64,000 nucleotides of DNA from the NCBI GenBank assembly GCA_963664705.1, contig OY761556.1, forward strand, positions 1,152,001 to 1,216,000. Reading direction: 5' to 3'. Below, one piece after another: positions 59,650-64,000 of this stretch (position 1 is the first letter of the stretch; the number at the start of each line of letters is the position of its first letter). Below the pieces are notes generated by a model. That model was not told where the DNA came from and made no database searches. It was given only the letters and a program-made list of their open reading frames with translations. The position numbers were made by a program, and so were the translations under genes. The stretch is from Acidobacteriota bacterium. Its GTDB lineage: Bacteria > Acidobacteriota > UBA6911.

Positions 59650-60084
59650 CTATTTGCGATACAGTTTTTTCCATGGCTGCTGCTGCATTGCCAGGCAGTC
59701 CTTGAGCGCAAGCCGGAGTGCCCCTGCTGCCAGTTCCGCGCAGTGAAAATTGCCTTCGGGCAAATCCACCAGGGCATTGGCAATTTCCTCGGCCGTGATC
59801 GCCAACGCTTCATTTACGGTTTTGTCCCGCACCAGTTCCGTGGTCATACTTCCACACGCGACGGTGGCGGCGCATCCGTTTGTCCAGAAGGCGGAATCCA
59901 GGATGACATTGTTCCGTACCCGCAGCCATATCTTCAGACTTTCGTTGTGGCCGCTCTGTATTTCGCCAAATCCATCCGGTGTGCTGATGGGCTCTGTGTT
60001 GCGCGGATTCAGGACGTGATCAACCGTAGTCTCCGAGTAAACTTCTTGCAGACGTTTTTTCAAATCATTCAGATCATTCATCAT
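59650..60084 (-). CDS. IscU/NifU N-terminal-like scaffold protein (first Cys replaced)
   Basis: YSETTVDH..NPRN, GCAATVACGS, LP...HCAELA. Confidence 0.8.
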   Translation of the reverse strand: MMNDLNDLKKRLQEVYSETTVDHVLNPRNTEPISTPDGFGEIQSGHNESLKIWLRVRNNVILDSAFWTNGCAATVACGSMTTELVRDKTVNEALAITAEEIANALVDLPEGNFHCAELAAGALRLALKDCLAMQQQPWKKLYRK

Positions 60085-60240
60085 CGATTGCATTATAAAC
60101 GGAAGTGCGGCAGGCTGAAAGCTTTTGAGCTGGACGACAATGGAAGCGGTTTTGCGATTATGCATGACACGAATTAGAAGCCCGAAGCACGCTTGCGCAG
60201 GCCGAAGCAAAGCGGGTATGATGTCAACTCGATGGATACC

Positions 60241-60441
60241 ATGACGCTTGAAATCAACGGGGAAACCCGGACTTTGGTCCCGGTTTCAAATGTGCGGAAT
60301 TTGCTCGAAGTCCTGGGAATTTCCGGGACCCACGTTGCGGTCGAGTTGAATCGAAAGATAGTGCGCCGCGCGGAATGGGAGCAGACTGCGGTTTCAAACG
60401 GAGACCGCATCGAAATCGTTCAATTTGTCGGAGGGGGCTAA
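60241..60441 (+). CDS. thiS: Sulfur carrier protein ThiS
   Basis: [24 protein letters not shown]-terminus. Confidence 0.93.
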   Translation: MTLEINGETRTLVPVSNVRNLLEVLGISGTHVAVELNRKIVRRAEWEQTAVSNGDRIEIVQFVGGG

Positions 60442-60452
60442 CGGAGTCGTTC

Positions 60453-61238
60453 ATGACATACTTGCAAGCAGAAGATACATTGACATTGGGTGGGCGCACC
60501 TTCCGCTCTCGCCTGTTTGTGGGCACGGGGAAGTACGCGACGTTTCCGCTGATGAAAGAAGCACTTGATAGATCCGGTGCCGAGATTGTGACGGTGGCGG
60601 TCCGCCGCATCAATCTGGACCGGTCGTCGGAATCCCTCCTCGACTTTATTGATACAAATCGCTACATGCTTTTGCCGAACACGGCCGGATGCTATACAGC
60701 AGATGACGCCATCCGAACCGCGTACCTGGGGCGTGAAGCCGGGCTCTCCGAATGGGTCAAGCTCGAGGTGATCGGGGATGAAAAAACGCTGTTCCCGGAT
60801 ACCGAAGCATTGCTGGCTGCGACCAAAGTCCTGGTCAAGGATGGATTCATTGTCCTTCCCTACACCAATGATGATCCCATTATGGCGCGCAAACTGGAGG
60901 ATGCAGGCGCTGCCGCCGTCATGCCCCTGGGCGCTCCCATCGGTTCCGGAATGGGAATTCAAAACCCTGCGAATATCAGAATTATCATGGAAAGCGTTTC
61001 TGTGCCGGTGATCGTGGATGCCGGCGTCGGGACCGCTTCGGATGCTGCGATTGCCATGGAAATGGGGTGTGATGCGGTTCTCATGAATACGGGAATTGCC
61101 GGGGCGCAGGATGCCATTGCCATGGCGGAAGCCATGAAACTGGCCGTTCAGGCGGGTCGGATGGCATTCAAAGCCGGACGCATCCCGAAGAAACTTTACG
61201 CCACCGCAAGCAGCCCGCTCCAGGGTATCTCGCGTTAG
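60453..61238 (+). CDS. thiG: Thiazole synthase
   Basis: [46 protein letters not shown]. Confidence 0.97.
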   Translation: MTYLQAEDTLTLGGRTFRSRLFVGTGKYATFPLMKEALDRSGAEIVTVAVRRINLDRSSESLLDFIDTNRYMLLPNTAGCYTADDAIRTAYLGREAGLSEWVKLEVIGDEKTLFPDTEALLAATKVLVKDGFIVLPYTNDDPIMARKLEDAGAAAVMPLGAPIGSGMGIQNPANIRIIMESVSVPVIVDAGVGTASDAAIAMEMGCDAVLMNTGIAGAQDAIAMAEAMKLAVQAGRMAFKAGRIPKKLYATASSPLQGISR

Positions 61239-61245
61239 CGGAGCC

Positions 61246-62733
61246 ATGCAGATCGAATCTTATCGAACACGCCTGGAGGAATTCGAGCAGAGACTCAACC
61301 GGGAGCTTTATTCCTTCCATTCCGGTCGGAAACAAAGGCTCGAAATTGTATCCGTCTATTCCGACTACTCCGATCTCTTTTGTGTCGAGAGCATCCGCGA
61401 ACTTGAATCTGCCCTAAAGATCGAGTCTTTTGACAGCCGCCGGAAGTCTTTCGACAAGATACTGGTATTCCTGCTGGACCAGTATTTCGACCTGCGCACC
61501 GCGCCAGTCAATGAAGAGATTGCACACTTCTGGTCAAAGCGAAAAATCATGTGGGAGGGGAGAGATTTGCCCCTCCTCCACGTTCCTTCCGAGCTTCGAC
61601 GCGAGTCGAATGCTTTGAAAAGAAGAAAACTTCAGGAACGGCTGGCCAAAGCTCAGGACGAACTTGCAGAGCTTACGGGGAAAAAAGTTGATCGACTGCG
61701 CTCCGCGGCGGGAGTTCTTGGATTTAAAAGCTATCCGGAGGCCCGGGAAAGGATCAGCGGTATTCGCCTGGAGAAAACCCTCAATTCCTTTGAGGAAATT
61801 CTGAATCGGCTCGAAGACAAATACCAGGAGCGCGCGCGCGCGTCTCTTGAGGCTTCTCTCGGTATTCCGCTGCAGGAGACCGGGTCGTGGGATATCTCTC
61901 ATTGGGAAGCGCGCAATGATCGGCCTGAGATCTTTCTCCAGAAAAATCTCTCCGGCGTGATTCGGCTGACTGTCGATGATCTTGGCGTACGGCCCGAACG
62001 GGAAGATTCGATCGTCCTGGATATGGATCCCAACCCTGCGAAGCATCACGCCCCGGTATGCATCCCCGTGCAAATCCCCCATGAAATCAAGGTTGTGGTC
62101 AATCCAGGGGACGGGGCACGGCATTATGCCGCGCTATTGCACGAATGCGGACATGCACATCATTTTGCCTGGACCAGCCCTTCGCTTCCGGTTGAACACA
62201 GGATCGTGGGGGATCGCGCCCTGACTGAAGCGTTCGGTTTCCTTTTCGAACAATTTATCCTGGAGCCGGATTGGCTCGCGCGCAGGTTGGCCTTCACAAA
62301 GTCCGATGCGTTCCTGCGCTTTCATTCGCTTTATCGTATTTATCTTGTCCGACGATGTGTCGGGAAACTGCGCGTTGCCCTGAAAATTTGTGAGTCGAGC
62401 GCGTTCGATGATTTCCCGCAGATATACTCTGAAACAATGAATGCATACACGGGCCTGCAATATATTCCGGAAGCCTGGCCGGGAGATCTTGACGAGGGAT
62501 TCATTTGCGCCGATTATCTCCGCGGATGGGCGCTGGAAGCCATGCTTCGGGAGTATCTGCGGACCCGGTACGGAAAAGCATGGACCGCCAGCCGAGCCGC
62601 CTCCAGCTTCCTGAAGGAAATATGGGAGACAGGGCTGCTTTATCGTGCGGATGAACTGAGCCGCGAAATTGGGCTGGGTGATCTTGACCCTCAGGTCTTG
62701 GGCGATCAGCTCTGGGAAGGACTTCAACTTTGA
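61246..62733 (+). CDS. M3/gluzincin-like metallopeptidase
   Basis: LLHECGHAHH zinc motif with downstream TEAFG Glu; ADYLRGW. Confidence 0.7.
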   Translation: MQIESYRTRLEEFEQRLNRELYSFHSGRKQRLEIVSVYSDYSDLFCVESIRELESALKIESFDSRRKSFDKILVFLLDQYFDLRTAPVNEEIAHFWSKRKIMWEGRDLPLLHVPSELRRESNALKRRKLQERLAKAQDELAELTGKKVDRLRSAAGVLGFKSYPEARERISGIRLEKTLNSFEEILNRLEDKYQERARASLEASLGIPLQETGSWDISHWEARNDRPEIFLQKNLSGVIRLTVDDLGVRPEREDSIVLDMDPNPAKHHAPVCIPVQIPHEIKVVVNPGDGARHYAALLHECGHAHHFAWTSPSLPVEHRIVGDRALTEAFGFLFEQFILEPDWLARRLAFTKSDAFLRFHSLYRIYLVRRCVGKLRVALKICESSAFDDFPQIYSETMNAYTGLQYIPEAWPGDLDEGFICADYLRGWALEAMLREYLRTRYGKAWTASRAASSFLKEIWETGLLYRADELSREIGLGDLDPQVLGDQLWEGLQL

Positions 62734-63830
62734 AAAGCTTTTCTGTGAATCTGGCGGAACGGAAATACCCGATTTACGTGGGGGAGGACATACTGTCGCA
62801 TGCCGGCTCGCTATTATCCAAAGCCGGATTCAAACAAGCTCCGATTGTCGTCACGAATGCAAAAGTGTGGCGACTTCACGGCCGTACCCTGGATCGGGCA
62901 TTGCGAGCTGCCTTTGGGCCGACCCCCGTTATCCGCATAGGGGATGGGGAACGATTCAAAAATCACGAAACTCTCCTGAAAATCTATTCCGGCATGTTCC
63001 GGGCGCATGCAAACCGGAATTCCTGGCTTCTTGCTTTTGGAGGAGGCGTAGTAGGAGATATCGCCGGGTTCGCTGCCGCTACCTTCATGCGCGGGATCCC
63101 CTACGCGATGGCTCCGACAACTCTGCTTTCACAGGTCGACAGCTCAATCGGGGGGAAGGTTGCCGTCAACGTAAAGGAAGGGAAGAACCTGGTCGGCGCT
63201 TTCCACCAGCCTTCAGTCGTTCTCACCGATATCGCTGCGTTGAGAACGCTCCCCAAAAGAGAACTCGCTTCGGGGCTTTATGAAGTCGTCAAAGGAGCCG
63301 CCATTTACTCCGAGCCGCTGCTCCGATACATTGAGCGGAATTTGGCGGGAATTCTCAACTGCGGGGCCGGAGAGATGGAGCACGTCATCGTTCAGACCGC
63401 GAAGATCAAGGCGGAAGTGGTGGCCTCCGATGAAAGGGAAACCGGGCTTCGAATGATCCTGAACTATGGACACACGGTCGGACATGCTCTGGAATCGGCT
63501 ACGCATTACAATCGATTCAAGCATGGCGAGGCCGTGGCCTGGGGCATGATTGCTGCGGTGGAATTTGGCAGGCAACTGGGATTATTGCAGGCGGCCGAAT
63601 CCAAGCGCCTGGTACGGCTTGTGCGCCAGGTCGGTCCACTGCCATCTTTAGACGGTATATCACTCGCCCGCCTTTGGAATGGGCTGATTCTCGACAAGAA
63701 GTTCACATCGGGAAAATTTCGGATGATATTGCTGCAGGAGCTCGGCGTCGCCGAAGTCCGCGATGGCATCGAGCCCGAATCGCTGCGCGGTTTTCTGCGG
63801 AAATTTCTGGAAGCCGGGCGGAAAAATTAG
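62730..63830 (+). CDS. aroB: 3-dehydroquinate synthase
   Basis: GGGVVGDIAGF, PTTLLSQVDSSIGGK, KNLVGAFHQP, LNYGHTVGHA, HGEAV, DKK. Confidence 0.96.
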   Translation: MKSFSVNLAERKYPIYVGEDILSHAGSLLSKAGFKQAPIVVTNAKVWRLHGRTLDRALRAAFGPTPVIRIGDGERFKNHETLLKIYSGMFRAHANRNSWLLAFGGGVVGDIAGFAAATFMRGIPYAMAPTTLLSQVDSSIGGKVAVNVKEGKNLVGAFHQPSVVLTDIAALRTLPKRELASGLYEVVKGAAIYSEPLLRYIERNLAGILNCGAGEMEHVIVQTAKIKAEVVASDERETGLRMILNYGHTVGHALESATHYNRFKHGEAVAWGMIAAVEFGRQLGLLQAAESKRLVRLVRQVGPLPSLDGISLARLWNGLILDKKFTSGKFRMILLQELGVAEVRDGIEPESLRGFLRKFLEAGRKN

Positions 63831-63876
63831 GGATACCGGATGCCGAAACTACCCGGTATTGCGTGAACGAAAGAAT

Positions 63877-64000
63877 ATGGAAGAAAATGAAAAGTCGAAA
63901 AAGGTCCGGGAAATGTTCGGCTCCATTGCGGGCCGATATGATTTCCTGAACCATTTTCTCTCGGCCAATATTGATCGGCGCTGGCGCAAAATCTGCGTGC
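63877..64000 (+). CDS. menG: UbiE/MenG demethylmenaquinone methyltransferase (5' part, runs off window)
   Basis: MEENEKSKKVREMFGSIAGRYDFLNHFLSANIDRRWRK matches the V..MF..IA..YD..N..LS...D..WR signature. Confidence 0.85.
   Translation, partial: MEENEKSKKVREMFGSIAGRYDFLNHFLSANIDRRWRKICV

Noticed and set aside
60085-60240. TPP riboswitch before thiS
   Set aside because: No CTGAGA or CCTGA...TAATGC core motifs
1-64000. tRNA/rRNA, transposases, integrases, and Sec/Pyl read-through in the methyltransferases
   Set aside because: None recognised; methyltransferase ORFs are full length with no internal TAG/TGA. A tRNAscan/Infernal run would be needed to exclude small RNAs fully.

Overview
Gene-dense bacterial chromosome segment from an anaerobe. 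Acidobacteriota is my inference from the gene mix (BlaI/M56-TonB, TonB-dependent receptor, small conserved hypotheticals) and is not proven. I saw no rRNA, tRNA, CRISPR, IS or prophage signal. The left 11.7 kb is a corrinoid-dependent methyl-transfer (demethylase-type) island: an AcsE-like methyl-THF:corrinoid methyltransferase, a RACo-type activator, four divergent UroD/MtaA-fold methyltransferases and probably a corrinoid protein cut at base 1. It also carries three unexplained partners: an orphan hydantoinase-A/ASKHA ATPase, an arylamine N-acetyltransferase and a Cys-rich DUF2284-like protein. Next come a trehalose locus (GH15 + OtsA-OtsB fusion), an orphan AprAB-like flavoprotein/ferredoxin pair and a Tat-exported flavodoxin. 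A sigma54/sigma28 signalling locus follows (NtrC-like activator, HD-GYP, CZB chemoreceptor), with both promoters visible in the DNA. The middle holds pepE, leuB, glycerol dehydrogenase, BlaI/BlaR1-TonB, a two-subunit family III CoA-transferase facing iorAB, and galM-symporter-HAD. The right end has a TonB receptor-YfiR-histidine kinase triad, an ABC exporter, amrS, hisN-like, a non-canonical IscU and thiS-thiG-peptidase-aroB-menG. The best candidates for an undescribed system are the methyltransferase island with its orphan ATPase, and the TBDR-YfiR-kinase triad. All calls rest on motif recognition by eye; no database searches were run.
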